The notes beneath the pieces are model-generated. The model made no database searches. It had not been told where the DNA came from and was given only the letters and a program-made list of their open reading frames with translations. From Actinomycetota bacterium (GTDB lineage: Bacteria; Actinomycetota; UBA4738): a DNA stretch of 53,064 bases. Of this stretch, positions 16,725 to 31,943 are shown one piece after another; the stretch's first letter is position 1; each line of letters opens with the position of its first letter. The position numbers and the translations under genes are program-made. The DNA lies in NCBI GenBank assembly GCA_044870295.1, contig JBIOYQ010000021.1:1-53064 (forward strand), given 5' to 3'.

Positions 16725-18797
16725 ATGCGTCGTCGGATCGCATTCCTCGGGCTCGCCATGCTGGCAACCTCCGCGGTCGTCCAGCCCACCGCACACAGCT
16801 CGGCCAAGACAGAGCGGTGGGAACGGACCGGTGGGGACTACGACCGGCCGGTGGCGGCCCTGGCCATCGATCCCATCCTGCCTTCCACGATCTACGCGGG
16901 GAACACGGACGGCGTGGCCAAGACGACCAACGGGGGAAGGACGTGGAGGCCGGCCAACGGGGGCCTGTCCAGCCAGGACGTTCGGGCCCTGGCAGTCGAT
17001 CCCTCTGACCCCCGGATCGTCTTCGCAGGCGTGTCCGACCACACAGGCAATGGTGGAGTGTTCAAATCCATCGATCGAGCCAGGACGTGGGCGCCGTCGA
17101 GCCAGGGGCTGCCAGGACGCACGGTCATCACTGACTTTGTCTTTGACCCCTCCGATTCGCGCACGCTCTACATCGCGAATGACCAGGGCGCGCCTCAGGT
17201 CTACAAGTCGACCGACGGGGGTCTGAGCTGGGCGCCGGCCAGCAGCGGGCTCCCCCTGTTCAACATCGGGGTTCGGTCCCTGGCCATCGACCCTACCGAC
17301 CCTCTCACCGTGTATGCCGGGACCGATGACCTCCGGTCCTCCGGAGACGGGGTCTACAAGACCACCGACGGGGGGAACCAATGGGAGGCGACCAACACCG
17401 CCGAGTTGGCGGACTTTCATGTCTTCGCCCTGGCCGTCGACCCCTCCGATCATCTGACCGTCTATGCGGGAGCCGCCAGCCTGGGAGGCGACTCGCCGGG
17501 TGCCGTCTTCAAGACCACGGACGGTGGCGCCTCGTGGACCAACCTCACCGATGCCTCGGGCGTGCGGTCCCTGGTCATCGACCCGCTGCGCCCGTCGGTC
17601 GTGTATGCCGGAACCAATGGCGGTGGCGTGCTCAAGAGTCCCGACGGCGGCCTCACCTGGAAGGTCGTCAACGCGGGCTTGTCCAACCTGAACATCTCCA
17701 GCATGGTCATCGACCCGGTCCACACCCGCGCGCTCTATGCCGGCAGCGACGGAGGTGTGGACAGGACCGTCAGCGGCGGGGCCACGTGGTCGATGGTCCT
17801 GGCCTCGGGCTTCTTCCAGTACGTCACGACACTGGCCGTGGCCACATCCGACGCGAACACGCTGTATGCGGGGACAGGGTCGCAGGGGGTGTTCAAGACC
17901 ACCGATGGCGCGCGGACGTGGGTTGCCGTCAACGCCGACATCCCCAACACGCAGGTCCATTCCCTTGCCGTCCACCCCACGGACCCCCTGACGGCGTATG
18001 CAGGACTGGTCGCCTACAAGGAGGGCGCTCCTCCGCCGGGCGTGTACAGGACCACGGATGGTGGGGTGACCTGGCTTCTCAGCGACCAGGGCATCACCAC
18101 GGACGACATCCTCGCGCTCGCCATCGACGCGTCGGACCCGGCCACGGTCTACGCCGGGACCGACGATGGAGTCTTCAAGACCACGGACGGCGGAGCCTCC
18201 TGGTCCCGCTCGGGCCTGGGCATCCCGCCGGCCTTCTTCGTATACGGCCTTGCCATCGATCCCTCCAACCCCGCCATCGTCTATGCGGGGACGCAGAACA
18301 TCTACAGCTGGGAAGCGAACGACGACGGCGTCTTCAAGTCCACCGATGCGGGAGCTACCTGGATCCGGATGAGCCGGGGCATCGGAGGAGGATACGGGTT
18401 TCCCTCCGGCAGCTCGGTGTACGCCCTGGCCATCGATCCCACGGCCCCCCTCACCATCTATGCCGCGGCTTCGTGCGTGGACGACCCCTACCAGGAGGAG
18501 TGCTACGAGACCAAGATCTACAAGTCCGTCGACGGGGCAGCCCACTGGACATCCGTCCTGGACATCCACGGCCTGCGGTTCTCATCCATCGCCATCGATC
18601 CCTCCAACACTTCCACGGTGTGGGCCGGACACTACGGGGAATTAGGCGTGTACCGGACCCCCGATGCGGGGAGTCACTGGATGACGGTCAACGATGGACT
18701 CGAGGACCTCTTCGTGTACGCCCTAGCCGTGCGGCCCGTCGCTCCATTTACCGTGTACGCGGGGACCTTGAGCGGGGTCTTCGCATTCCAGGGATGA
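16725..18797 (+). CDS. secreted BNR/Asp-box-like repeat protein, about 14 blades (tandem 7-bladed propeller, sortilin/GH74/Ycf48-like)
   Basis: ATG 16725 follows GAAGGAGGGGG. Signal peptide [28 protein letters not shown] count 14 repeats of the form ALAIDPsdP.tVYAGT..[12 protein letters not shown]. The track's 1172-aa ORF adds an antisense-to-metK extension. Confidence 0.85.
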   Translation: MRRRIAFLGLAMLATSAVVQPTAHSSAKTERWERTGGDYDRPVAALAIDPILPSTIYAGNTDGVAKTTNGGRTWRPANGGLSSQDVRALAVDPSDPRIVFAGVSDHTGNGGVFKSIDRARTWAPSSQGLPGRTVITDFVFDPSDSRTLYIANDQGAPQVYKSTDGGLSWAPASSGLPLFNIGVRSLAIDPTDPLTVYAGTDDLRSSGDGVYKTTDGGNQWEATNTAELADFHVFALAVDPSDHLTVYAGAASLGGDSPGAVFKTTDGGASWTNLTDASGVRSLVIDPLRPSVVYAGTNGGGVLKSPDGGLTWKVVNAGLSNLNISSMVIDPVHTRALYAGSDGGVDRTVSGGATWSMVLASGFFQYVTTLAVATSDANTLYAGTGSQGVFKTTDGARTWVAVNADIPNTQVHSLAVHPTDPLTAYAGLVAYKEGAPPPGVYRTTDGGVTWLLSDQGITTDDILALAIDASDPATVYAGTDDGVFKTTDGGASWSRSGLGIPPAFFVYGLAIDPSNPAIVYAGTQNIYSWEANDDGVFKSTDAGATWIRMSRGIGGGYGFPSGSSVYALAIDPTAPLTIYAAASCVDDPYQEECYETKIYKSVDGAAHWTSVLDIHGLRFSSIAIDPSNTSTVWAGHYGELGVYRTPDAGSHWMTVNDGLEDLFVYALAVRPVAPFTVYAGTLSGVFAFQG

Positions 18798-18840
18798 GCC
18801 TGGCACCACCGGATGAAAGGTGCGGCTGGCTCTCCGGAGG

Positions 18841-20079
18841 CTAGCGCTCAAGCGGCCGCACACTGCCCAGAAGCGACGAGAGCAGGTCACAGAGCGCACG
18901 GGCCAGATCGCGCTTCGTCCACTCCTGGATGGGGACGTCCGCGCCCTCACGGGCCAGGATCCCTGCGCGGTTGGTGTCGCTCTCGAACCCGGTTCCGGCC
19001 CTTCCCACCTCGTTCACCACGATGAGGTCGAGGTTCTTGTCGGCGAGCTTGCGCCGGCCCTCGGCCTCCAGGTCACCGGTCTCGGCGGCGAAGCCGACCA
19101 GCACCTGACCTTCCTTCCGCTTCCCCAGCGTCGAGAGGATGTCGGTGGTGGGCTCCAGCAGGAGGGACGGCGCTCCGTTCTCCTTCTTCATCTTGTCGCT
19201 CGCGGCCGCCGGGGGTCGGAAGTCGGAGACGGCGGCGGCCATCACCACCGCGTCGGTCCCGGGGAAGCGATCGAACACTTCGGTGGCCATCTCCTCCGCA
19301 GTCTCCACGCGGATCATCTCGACGCCGGGGATGTCGGGCAGGCTCACGGGTCCGCGGACCACCGTCACCGACGCCCCGCGCCGGGCCGCCTCTTCCGCGA
19401 CGGCGAACCCCATCTTGCCGCTGGAGCGGTTCCCGATGAAGCGAACCGGGTCGATCGGCTCCAGGGTCGGGCCCGCCGTGACCAGGACGCGGCGCCCCGA
19501 GAGGTCCCCGGCCTTCGTCAGCACGGACTCCACGACCGCGGCGATCTCTTCCGGCTCGGACATGCGCCCCACGCCTTCGTCACCCGCGGCCAGTGGACCG
19601 GTGGCCGGGCCCACGACCCTGGCGCCCCGATCGATCAGGGTCGCCAGATGCGCCCGGGTGGCCGGGTGCTGCCACATGCCGGAGTGCATGGCGGGCGCCA
19701 CCACCAGTGGGCAGGTCGCCTCGAGCAGGATGGACGTCAGGAGGTCGTCGGCCAGTCCCAGCGCCAGCTTGGCCACAACGTTGGCGGTTGCGGGCGCGAC
19801 CACCGCGACGTCCGCCTCATGGGCCAGGCGAACGTGCAGGACCGAGTCGGTCTGTTCGAACACCTCCGAGTGAACCGGGCGACGGGAGAGCGCCGCAAAC
19901 GTGTCGGCTCCGACGAAGCGAAGGGCCGCCGGCGTCATGACCACTTGGACCTCCGCCCCGGCCGTGACGAGGAGCCGAACCAGCGAGGCGGCCTTGTAGG
20001 CGGCGATCCCGCCCGTCACGCCCAGCAGCACGCGGCGGCCGGCCAGGGACCGGGAAGCGCCAGCGCCCCCTGGGGCCAT
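18841..20079 (-). CDS. coaBC: bifunctional phosphopantothenoylcysteine decarboxylase / phosphopantothenate--cysteine ligase
   Basis: 412 aa: VLLGVTGGIAAYKA, PAMHSGMW, AAVSDFRP. Confidence 0.95.
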   Translation of the reverse strand: MAPGGAGASRSLAGRRVLLGVTGGIAAYKAASLVRLLVTAGAEVQVVMTPAALRFVGADTFAALSRRPVHSEVFEQTDSVLHVRLAHEADVAVVAPATANVVAKLALGLADDLLTSILLEATCPLVVAPAMHSGMWQHPATRAHLATLIDRGARVVGPATGPLAAGDEGVGRMSEPEEIAAVVESVLTKAGDLSGRRVLVTAGPTLEPIDPVRFIGNRSSGKMGFAVAEEAARRGASVTVVRGPVSLPDIPGVEMIRVETAEEMATEVFDRFPGTDAVVMAAAVSDFRPPAAASDKMKKENGAPSLLLEPTTDILSTLGKRKEGQVLVGFAAETGDLEAEGRRKLADKNLDLIVVNEVGRAGTGFESDTNRAGILAREGADVPIQEWTKRDLARALCDLLSSLLGSVRPLER

Positions 20080-20085
20080 CCAGAC

Positions 20086-20328
20086 CTACTCGGGGGAGAT
20101 GGCCTCGAGGCGCTCGAAGGCCACCTTGCCTTCGGCGATCTCTCGCAGGGCGATGGCCAGCGGCTTGGAGCCGAGGCCCTCGACCAGGGGCGGGACGAAC
20201 TCTCCCCGTCCCTCGCCGAGCTGGCTGTAGTACGAGTTGATCTCCCTGGCACGCTTGGCGGCCAGGATGACCAGCGTGTAGCGGGAGTCGACCCGTTCGA
20301 GCAGTTGGTCGATCTTGGGTTCGATCAT
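20086..20328 (-). CDS. rpoZ: DNA-directed RNA polymerase subunit omega
   Basis: 80 aa: [26 protein letters not shown]. It sits in the conserved gmk-rpoZ-coaBC order. Confidence 0.93.
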   Translation of the reverse strand: MIEPKIDQLLERVDSRYTLVILAAKRAREINSYYSQLGEGRGEFVPPLVEGLGSKPLAIALREIAEGKVAFERLEAISPE

Positions 20329-20364
20329 GTGAGGTGTTCTCTCCTTCCCAGGTGACGCCCCCGC

Positions 20365-20895
20365 TCACACGGCGCCCGAGGCTTCGCGGCGAGGGTCGGG
20401 AGTGTCATCGATTATAGCGGCGACATGGGCCGCGGCTCGGTCGATCTCGTCGTTGACCACCAAATGGTCGAACCACCACGCCTGGTCCATCTCCCGGCGT
20501 GCCGCGTCGAGCCGCCGGGCCATCTCCTCCTCGCCCTCCGTGTGGCGGCGCCGGATCCGCTGCTCCAGATCCTCGAAGGACGGAGGGGCCAGGAAGATCA
20601 GAACGGCGTCGGGCATCCGCTCGCGGACCCTGGCCGCGCCCTGGACGTCGATCTCCAGGATCACGTCTCCCCCCTGTTCGAGCGCATCGGCGACCGGACC
20701 CAGGAGCGTGCCGTACCGATGCCCGAACACCTCGGCCCATTCCAGGAAGGCGCCGTCCTCGACCAGCTCGCCGAAGTCCCGCGCCGTGACGAAGCGGTAG
20801 TCGCGCCCGTCCACCTCCCCCGGCCGCGGTTGCCGGGTGGTGCACGACACGGACACCACGAGCTCCGGCTTGTTGTGGAGCAGCCGTCGGACCAC
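20365..20895 (-). CDS. gmk: guanylate kinase (coordinates run from the first canonical start; homology, including the P-loop, continues upstream to 20952)
   Basis: TTRQPRPGEVDGRDYRFV, LEWAEVFGHRYGT, ILEIDVQGA. The 19 in-frame codons upstream of GTG 20895 encode ADSARLFVISGPSAVGKGT (Walker A). They begin right after the mihF TAG and contain no ATG, GTG or TTG. Confidence 0.9.
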   Translation of the reverse strand: MVRRLLHNKPELVVSVSCTTRQPRPGEVDGRDYRFVTARDFGELVEDGAFLEWAEVFGHRYGTLLGPVADALEQGGDVILEIDVQGAARVRERMPDAVLIFLAPPSFEDLEQRIRRRHTEGEEEMARRLDAARREMDQAWWFDHLVVNDEIDRAAAHVAAIIDDTPDPRREASGAV

Positions 20896-20952
20896 GGTTC
20901 CTTTCCCGACGGCCGACGGGCCGGAGATGACGAAGAGGCGGGCCGAGTCCGC

Positions 20953-21267
20953 CTACCTCTTCGCGAACTCGGTGAGGAGCGCGTCCTTCTGCTTGGCGCC
21001 CAGGCCCCTGACCCGGCGGCTCGAGGAGATGTCGAGCCGCTCCATGATCTTGCGGGCCCGGACCTTGCCCACCCCGGGGAGCGCTTCCAGGACGGAGGAG
21101 ACCTTCATCTTGCCGACGACGTCTTCATCCTGGCGCGACAGCACGTCGCGCAGGGTCATCTTCTCGGACTTGAGCTGGCCCTTCAGCTCGGCGCGCCGGC
21201 GGCGAGCTTCCGCAGCCTTCTCGAGGGCTGCCTTGCGCTGTTCATCGGTGAGGGTGGGTAGGGGCAT
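20953..21267 (-). CDS. mihF: actinobacterial integration host factor (MihF/sIHF)
   Basis: ATG 21267 follows AGAAGGAGG. MPLPTLTDEQRKAALEKAAEARRRRAELK...VSSVLEALPGVGKVRARKIMERL. It sits in the conserved position upstream of gmk. Confidence 0.9.
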   Translation of the reverse strand: MPLPTLTDEQRKAALEKAAEARRRRAELKGQLKSEKMTLRDVLSRQDEDVVGKMKVSSVLEALPGVGKVRARKIMERLDISSSRRVRGLGAKQKDALLTEFAKR

Positions 21268-21322
21268 GATGCCTCCTTCTCGCGTCTCCGGTTTTCCAGT
21301 ACGACCCCCCGGAACGGGGCGG

Positions 21323-21352
21323 ATTATACGCATGGGGCCTGAGCAGGAGCAA
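21323..21352 (-). promoter_or_regulatory. candidate promoter of mihF (TTGCTC-18 nt-TATAAT)
   Basis: The minus strand reads cgaTTGCTCctgctcaggccccatgcgTATAATccgcc, about 55 nt upstream of the mihF ATG in the pyrE-mihF gap. Confidence 0.4.
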
Positions 21353-21386
21353 TCGGAGCAACGGGAGGTGAACCTCTAGATGAAGT

Positions 21387-21989
21387 TCAGCTTGTCGAAG
21401 CGTCCGCGGCTCCCGAGGGGTTCATCGTCTCGAGCAACCGCGACCCTGGCGAGGTGAGTGGCTCGCCGCGACGGCACATCGGACACTCGTGAGGCGCCCA
21501 CGTCTCTGCCTGGATCCGAACGACGGCGCGCAGCGGGAACTCGACGTCGTCGGTGGAGCGGTCGATCAACGCGGCGACCCCCAGCCGATCCGCACCCGTC
21601 GCTCCGACCAGCTCGTAGACCTCGCGGGCGGACGCCCCAGTCGTCACCACGTCCTCGACCACCAACGCGCGCTCTCCGGGTTCGACGGCGAAGCCGCGGC
21701 GCAACCGCATACGTCCGTCCTCGCGCTCCGCGAACACACTCCGCGCGCCGGCCGACAGCGCGACGGCGAACCCGAGCGACACGGCGCCGACGGCCGGCGC
21801 CACCACCACATCGACCTCCGGGTACCAGGAAGCGATCTCCCCAGCCAGGACTATGGCGATCTCGGGTCGCTCCAGGACTCGGCTCTTCTCGACGTACCGG
21901 TCCGAGTGGAGGCCGGAGGAGAGCTGGAAGTGACCCGAGAGCATGGCGCCCGTCCGTTCGAACAGCTCCAGCGCCTCGTCCCGATTCAC
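21387..21989 (-). CDS. pyrE: orotate phosphoribosyltransferase
   Basis: 200 aa with PRPP-binding loop LVVEDVVTTGASA. The start overlaps the pyrF stop. Confidence 0.93.
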   Translation of the reverse strand: MNRDEALELFERTGAMLSGHFQLSSGLHSDRYVEKSRVLERPEIAIVLAGEIASWYPEVDVVVAPAVGAVSLGFAVALSAGARSVFAEREDGRMRLRRGFAVEPGERALVVEDVVTTGASAREVYELVGATGADRLGVAALIDRSTDDVEFPLRAVVRIQAETWAPHECPMCRRGEPLTSPGSRLLETMNPSGAADASTS

Positions 21990-22666
21990 TCGAGCCCCAC
22001 CTCGCGAAGCACGCCTCGGGCGGCCGCGGCCGGATCTGCGGCCTCGGTGATGGGGCGGCCCACCACCAGGTAGTCGGCGCCCCGCTCCATGGCCTCGCCC
22101 GGGGTCAGGACCCGCACCTGATCGTTGCCCGCGTGCCCGTGTGGCCGGATGCCCGGGACCACGAGGAGCGCCGAGGGTCCGAGGGCCTCCCGGACCACCG
22201 CGACGTCCTCTCCGGACACCACCACACCCGCCGCCCCGGCCGCCACTGCCTCGAACGCCAGGGACGCCGGGGACGCCAGGCCCTCACCGGCCAGGCTCGA
22301 TAGGACGGTCACGGCCAGGACGGCCGGGGGGTCCACCCCGGCGGACGCGGCGCCCTCCACAACGCCCTCGATGGCGGCCCGCACCATGTCAGGACCGCCC
22401 AGCGCGTGGACGGTCAGGAGGCCGGGCCCGAGCCTGCCGGCGGCGCGCGCGGCCCCCCGGACCTGGTGGGGGATGTCGTGCAGCTTGAGGTCGAGGAAGA
22501 CGGGGGCATGGGCCCTGACCCGTTCCACCGCAGCGGGGCCCTCGGCCACGAACAGGGTGAGGCCCACCTTCACGAACGCCACCAGCCCCGCCAGCCGCTC
22601 GGCCAGCGCCTCGGCGCGACCGGCGTCGGCGACGTCAGCCGCTACGATAAGCGGGTTCCTGGACAC
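21986..22666 (-). CDS. pyrF: orotidine 5'-phosphate decarboxylase
   Basis: I place the start at GTG 22666 (VSRNPLIVAADV...), overlapping the pyrD end by 32 nt. FLDLKLHDIPHQV, VVGRPIT. The start is uncertain. Confidence 0.88.
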   Translation of the reverse strand: MSRNPLIVAADVADAGRAEALAERLAGLVAFVKVGLTLFVAEGPAAVERVRAHAPVFLDLKLHDIPHQVRGAARAAGRLGPGLLTVHALGGPDMVRAAIEGVVEGAASAGVDPPAVLAVTVLSSLAGEGLASPASLAFEAVAAGAAGVVVSGEDVAVVREALGPSALLVVPGIRPHGHAGNDQVRVLTPGEAMERGADYLVVGRPITEAADPAAAARGVLREVGLE

Positions 22667-23660
22667 TTCGGCTGAGCCGCACCTTCCCTCGCAGGTCCGC
22701 CGGGCTGGCCAGCTCCTTGCGCTCCAGGAACCGGCGGATGCCGTCACCGACGTCCACCAGGACGGCGGGATCGAAGAAGTTGGCGGTCCCGACTTCGACC
22801 GCCCAAGCCCCCGCCAGCAGGAATTCGATGGCATCGTTGGCCGAGCGGATCCCACCGATCCCGATGATGGGGACGTCGGGAAGCGCCTGGGCCACCTGAT
22901 AGACGCACCGCAGCGCCACCGGCCTGATGGCGGGGCCCGACAGACCGCCGGTGACCGCGCCCAGCTTCGGGCGGAACGTCTCCGTGTCGATCGCCATCCC
23001 CAGCAACGTGTTGATGAGCGACAGCCCGTGCGCGCCGGCCCGCACGCACGCCTCGGCGACCTCCACGATGTTGGTCACGTCGGCGGTGAGCTTCGCGAAG
23101 ATCGGCAGTGTGGTCATGCGGCTCATGATGCCGATGACCTCCGCCGCGTCGTGCGGATGGCAGGCGAACACCTGGTTGCGCCGCTCCACGTTCGGGCAGG
23201 AGATGTTGGCCTCGATGGCGACCACGCCCGGTAGGTTGCGCAGTCGCGTGGTCACCTGAGTGAACTCCTCGATGCTCTTCCCCGCGATCGACAGGAAGAT
23301 CGGCACGCCGGCCGCGGCGATGAACGGCGCCTCCTTGTCGAGGAATCCCTCGACCCCGGGGTTCTGCAACCCGATGGCGTTCAACATGCCCGACGGGGTC
23401 TCGGCCATCCGCGGCACCGGCAACCCCTTGGTGGGGTTGAGCGTGACGCTCTTGGTCACGATCCCGCCGATGCGTGCCAGGTCCACCAGGCCGGCCATCT
23501 CCCGGCCGGCGTTGAAGCATCCCGACGCTGCCAGCACCGGCGACGGCAGCACGACGCCTCCGCCCAGGTCGACCCTGAGGGACGGTCCCTCCTCCACGAC
23601 GGGCTCGCCCGCCTCGACCTCCCCGTTCATGCGGATCGACTCGTCCAGAGGCCCGGTCAC
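22635..23660 (-). CDS. pyrD: dihydroorotate dehydrogenase, class 1B catalytic subunit
   Basis: 341 aa: ASGCFNAG, NISCPNV, GGLSGPAIRPVALR, IGIGGIRSANDAIEFLLAGA. It is paired with pyrK. Confidence 0.93.
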   Translation of the reverse strand: MTGPLDESIRMNGEVEAGEPVVEEGPSLRVDLGGGVVLPSPVLAASGCFNAGREMAGLVDLARIGGIVTKSVTLNPTKGLPVPRMAETPSGMLNAIGLQNPGVEGFLDKEAPFIAAAGVPIFLSIAGKSIEEFTQVTTRLRNLPGVVAIEANISCPNVERRNQVFACHPHDAAEVIGIMSRMTTLPIFAKLTADVTNIVEVAEACVRAGAHGLSLINTLLGMAIDTETFRPKLGAVTGGLSGPAIRPVALRCVYQVAQALPDVPIIGIGGIRSANDAIEFLLAGAWAVEVGTANFFDPAVLVDVGDGIRRFLERKELASPADLRGKVRLSRSVQEPAYRSG

Positions 23661-24552
23661 CGCGCCGACAGCTCCCCGGTTCGCTCATCGGCGTCGTCCT
23701 CGGCTCCCGCCTGGTCCGCGTCTGGAGGCTCCTCCGTGGGCTCGGGCTTCCCCAGCCAGCGGTCCCACCAGATCCGTGCCCCGTTGAACACCGGTCCTTC
23801 GAGGCAGGCGCGGACGTTCCACCATCCCCGACCGTCCAGGGCGATGACGGGGACCACACACGTCCAGCAGACGCCGATTCCGCAGGCCATCTTCTCTTCC
23901 ACCGCCACCTGGCAGGGCACGCCGCGGGAGAGGCAGTACTCGGCGACCGCACGAAGCATGGGGTTGGGTCCGCACGCGTACACCACCTTGGCCCCCGTGC
24001 GGGCCAGCATGGTGGGCAGCACGTCGGTGACCCGGCCCCGCTCGCCCATGGAGCCGTCCTCGGTGGTGATCACCACCGCTTCGGCCATCCGCTTCCCTTC
24101 GATCGGCTTGAAGACGCGCTCGTGGTCTCGCGCGCCCAGCACCATGTGCACGACCTTCTCCCGCACCCGGAGCTCCTCCGCCAGGAAGAACAGGGGCGCC
24201 GCGCCGTAGCCGCCCCCCACCAGCAGGCAGGGGTCGAGCTCGTCGGCGATGCTGAACGCACGGCCCAACGGACCGATCACGTCCAGGACGTCGTGGGTCT
24301 TCACGTCGGACAGCCATTGCGTGCCTGGTCCCACCGAGTCGAGGACGATCTCGAGCGTTCCGGCCCATCCCCCGCGGCGGGATGCCTGATGGATCGAGAA
24401 GGGCCGGCGGAGCAGGATGTCGCGTCCCTCGGGCGCAGCGATCTCGACGAACTGTCCGGGCTTGGCCTGGTCGGCGATGTCCGGCGCCACCAGGGTCACG
24501 GCGTGATAGGCGCCGGTCCGGCGGTTGGACAACACCTCGCACTGGGTCCTGA

Positions 24553-24556
<4 letters not shown>
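23657..24556 (-). CDS. pyrK: dihydroorotate dehydrogenase electron-transfer subunit
   Basis: ATG 24556 overlaps the carB stop (ATGA). RRPFSI FAD-binding motif and C-terminal 2Fe-2S cysteines ([19 protein letters not shown]). The track ORF extending to 25507 is an artefact. Confidence 0.9.
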
Positions 24557-27854
<3,298 letters not shown>

Positions 27855-27855
<1 letters not shown>

Positions 27856-29009
27856 CAGGCCATCAGCTCGCGGAAGCGAGCGAACAGGTGGCCGGCGTCG
27901 TGCGGCCCCGGGGAGGCTTCCGGGTGGTACTGCACGGAGAACGCGGGCAGGTCGAGGCAGCGGAGGCCTTCCAGCGTTCCGTCGTTGAGGTTCCAGTGCG
28001 TCAGCGCGACCCGTCCGTGGTCGGTCCCGACCATCGGGGCAGCCGACCCGGATTCGACCGCGGGCCACCCCAGCGGATCCACGGCGAATCCGTGGTTGTG
28101 ACTGGTGATCTCGACACGCCCCGTGCTGAGGTCCTTCACCGGCTGGTTCACGCCCCGGTGGCCGAACTTCATCTTGAACGTGGTACCTCCCAGGGCGAGC
28201 CCCAGGAGCTGGTGGCCGAGACAGATCCCGAACACGGGGATCCGGCCGAGGAGCCCGCGGACGGTCTCGATCCCGTAGGTGGTGGCCGCGGGGTCCCCAG
28301 GGCCGTTCGAGAGGAAGACACCGTCGAACCCTTCGCGAAGGATCGCGACGGCCGGGGTTCGTGCCGGGAAAATCATTGTGTCGCAGCCATTCTCGGCCAA
28401 CAACCGGAGGATGTTGCGCTTCATGCCGAAGTCGATCGCCGCCACGCGGAACACCCGATCCATGTTGGCGCGGACCGGTCCCACCAGCTCGGACGCGGCG
28501 CGCGGCCGCTCGGTCGACACCGAGGCCGCCAGATCGGCGCCCTCCATGCCCGGCATCGCTCTGACCCGCGCCACGAGTGAGTCGACGTCGAGGTCGAGGG
28601 CGGAGATGGCGGCGCGCATCGCCCCGCCTTCGCGGATGCGCAGCGTGAGGGAACGCGTGTCGATGCCCTCGATGCCGGGCACGCCCGACTCCGCCAGATA
28701 CGCACCAAGCGAACCCGTCGCCCGCCAGGACGACGTTCTGCGGGAAGCCTGCCGCACGACGAACCCAGCTACCCGCACGCCATCCGACTCGATGTCGTCC
28801 TGGTTCACCCCATAGTTGCCCTGGTGCGGTGAGGTCATGGCCACGATCTGGTCCGTATAGGACGGGTCGGTCAGGACCTCCTGATAGCCGGCCATGGCCG
28901 TGTTGAACACCGCTTCGCCGAAGGCCTCGCCCTCGGCGCCGAAGGACCGCCCCCGGAACGCCGCGCCGTCCTCGAGCACCAGGAGGGCGGGAGGGGCGGA
29001 GGGCGTCAC
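27855..29009 (-). CDS. carA: carbamoyl-phosphate synthase small subunit
   Basis: GTG 29009 overlaps the pyrC stop (GTGA). [15 protein letters not shown], amidotransferase [16 protein letters not shown]. Confidence 0.95.
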
Positions 29010-30299
29010 CTGGTGGGCCGCCCCTCCTTGACCGTGAAGGTCCCTCGGAGCAGCGTGTGGACCACGCGGCCCCGCAGCGTGCGCCCGGTGAACGCCGAGT
29101 TGCGCGCCATGGAGCGGAACGGCTCGGCCCCCACCGTCCACTCGGCAGAGGGGTCGAACACGACGAGGTTCGCCGGACGGCCCGGCGCCACGGGTCCACC
29201 ATGCTCGTCCAGTCCCAGGATCCTGGCCGGGCGCGCGGACAACCGGTCGAGCGCGGTCGGCAGGTCGATCACACCCGGCTCCACCAGCTCTGTCAGGACG
29301 ACCGCCAGCGCCGTCTCCAGCCCGATCGTGCCGGGCGGGGACTGGTCGAACTCCTGCTCCTTTTCCTCGGGGGCGTGCGGAGCGTGGTCCGTGGCCACGG
29401 CGTCGATCGTCCCCTCCCCCAGCGCCCCCCGAAGGGCCTCACGGTCCTCTGCGGATCGCAGGGGCGGGTTGATCCGAAGGTTCGTGTCGTATCCCACCAG
29501 GTCCTGATCGAGCAGCGTCAGGTGGTGCGGGGTCACGTCCGCCGTCACGCGGATCTGTCGCAGCCTCGCCTCGCGCAGCGCGCGGACCGACTCGCCCGCC
29601 GAGACGTGCGTCACGTGCAGGCGGCCACCGGTCAAGCGCGCCAGGGCCAGGTCCCTGGCCACCACCACGGATTCGGCCTCCGCCGGCGTCCCGGTCAGCC
29701 CCAGCAACGCCGAGTAGTACCCCTCGTGCATCTGCCACCCCTCGGACAGGGCGGCGTCCTGGGCATGCTGGGAGATCACGACGTCGAATGCCTTCGCGTA
29801 CTCCATGGCCAGCCGCATCACCCGCGAGGACTGCACGCAGTTGTGGTCGTCGGTGAACAGCCGGACGCCCGCGTCGGCCATCTCCGCGATGTCGGTGAGC
29901 GACTCTCCCTCCAGCCCCTTGGTGATGGCGCCGGCCGGGAACACGTCGCACAGCCCTGCCTTGTCCGCCAGGTTGCGAACCTCCATCACCACCGCGGTGT
30001 TGTCGGCCACCGGGTCCGTGTTCGGCATGGCGCACACTGCGGTGAACCCGCCGGCGGCGGCGGCCCGCGATCCGGTCTCGACCGTCTCCTTGTGTTCGAA
30101 CCCAGGCTCACGCAGGTGGGTGTGCAGGTCGACCAGGCCGGGCGCCAGGATCAACCCGTCGCAGTCGAGGATCTCCGCTCCGGCGGTCCCCAGACCCTGC
30201 CCGACCTCGAGGACCTCCTCGTCCTCGATCACCACGTCGCTGGGGCCGTCGTGGCCCGAAGCCGGGTCGACCAGCCTGGCGCCCTTGAAGAGGATGCGG

Positions 30300-30307
<8 letters not shown>
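29006..30307 (-). CDS. pyrC: dihydroorotase
   Basis: 433 aa: [21 protein letters not shown]. Confidence 0.95.

Positions 30308-31939
<1,632 letters not shown>

Positions 31940-31943
<4 letters not shown>

Noticed and set aside
16560-18569. Upstream two thirds of the 1065-aa minus-strand ORF (15372-18569), which appears to extend metK.
   Set aside because: MetK homology begins abruptly at GTG 16559. The remainder is Arg/Gly/Pro-rich low-complexity sequence lying exactly antisense to the well-supported BNR-repeat gene. This is a typical open antisense frame in high-G+C DNA.
27856-29202. N-terminal extension of about 450 aa on carB in the 1549-aa track ORF (24553-29202).
   Set aside because: CarB homology starts at ATG 27855 ([30 protein letters not shown]). 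The extension is an alternative frame across carA, which has its own well-conserved frame.
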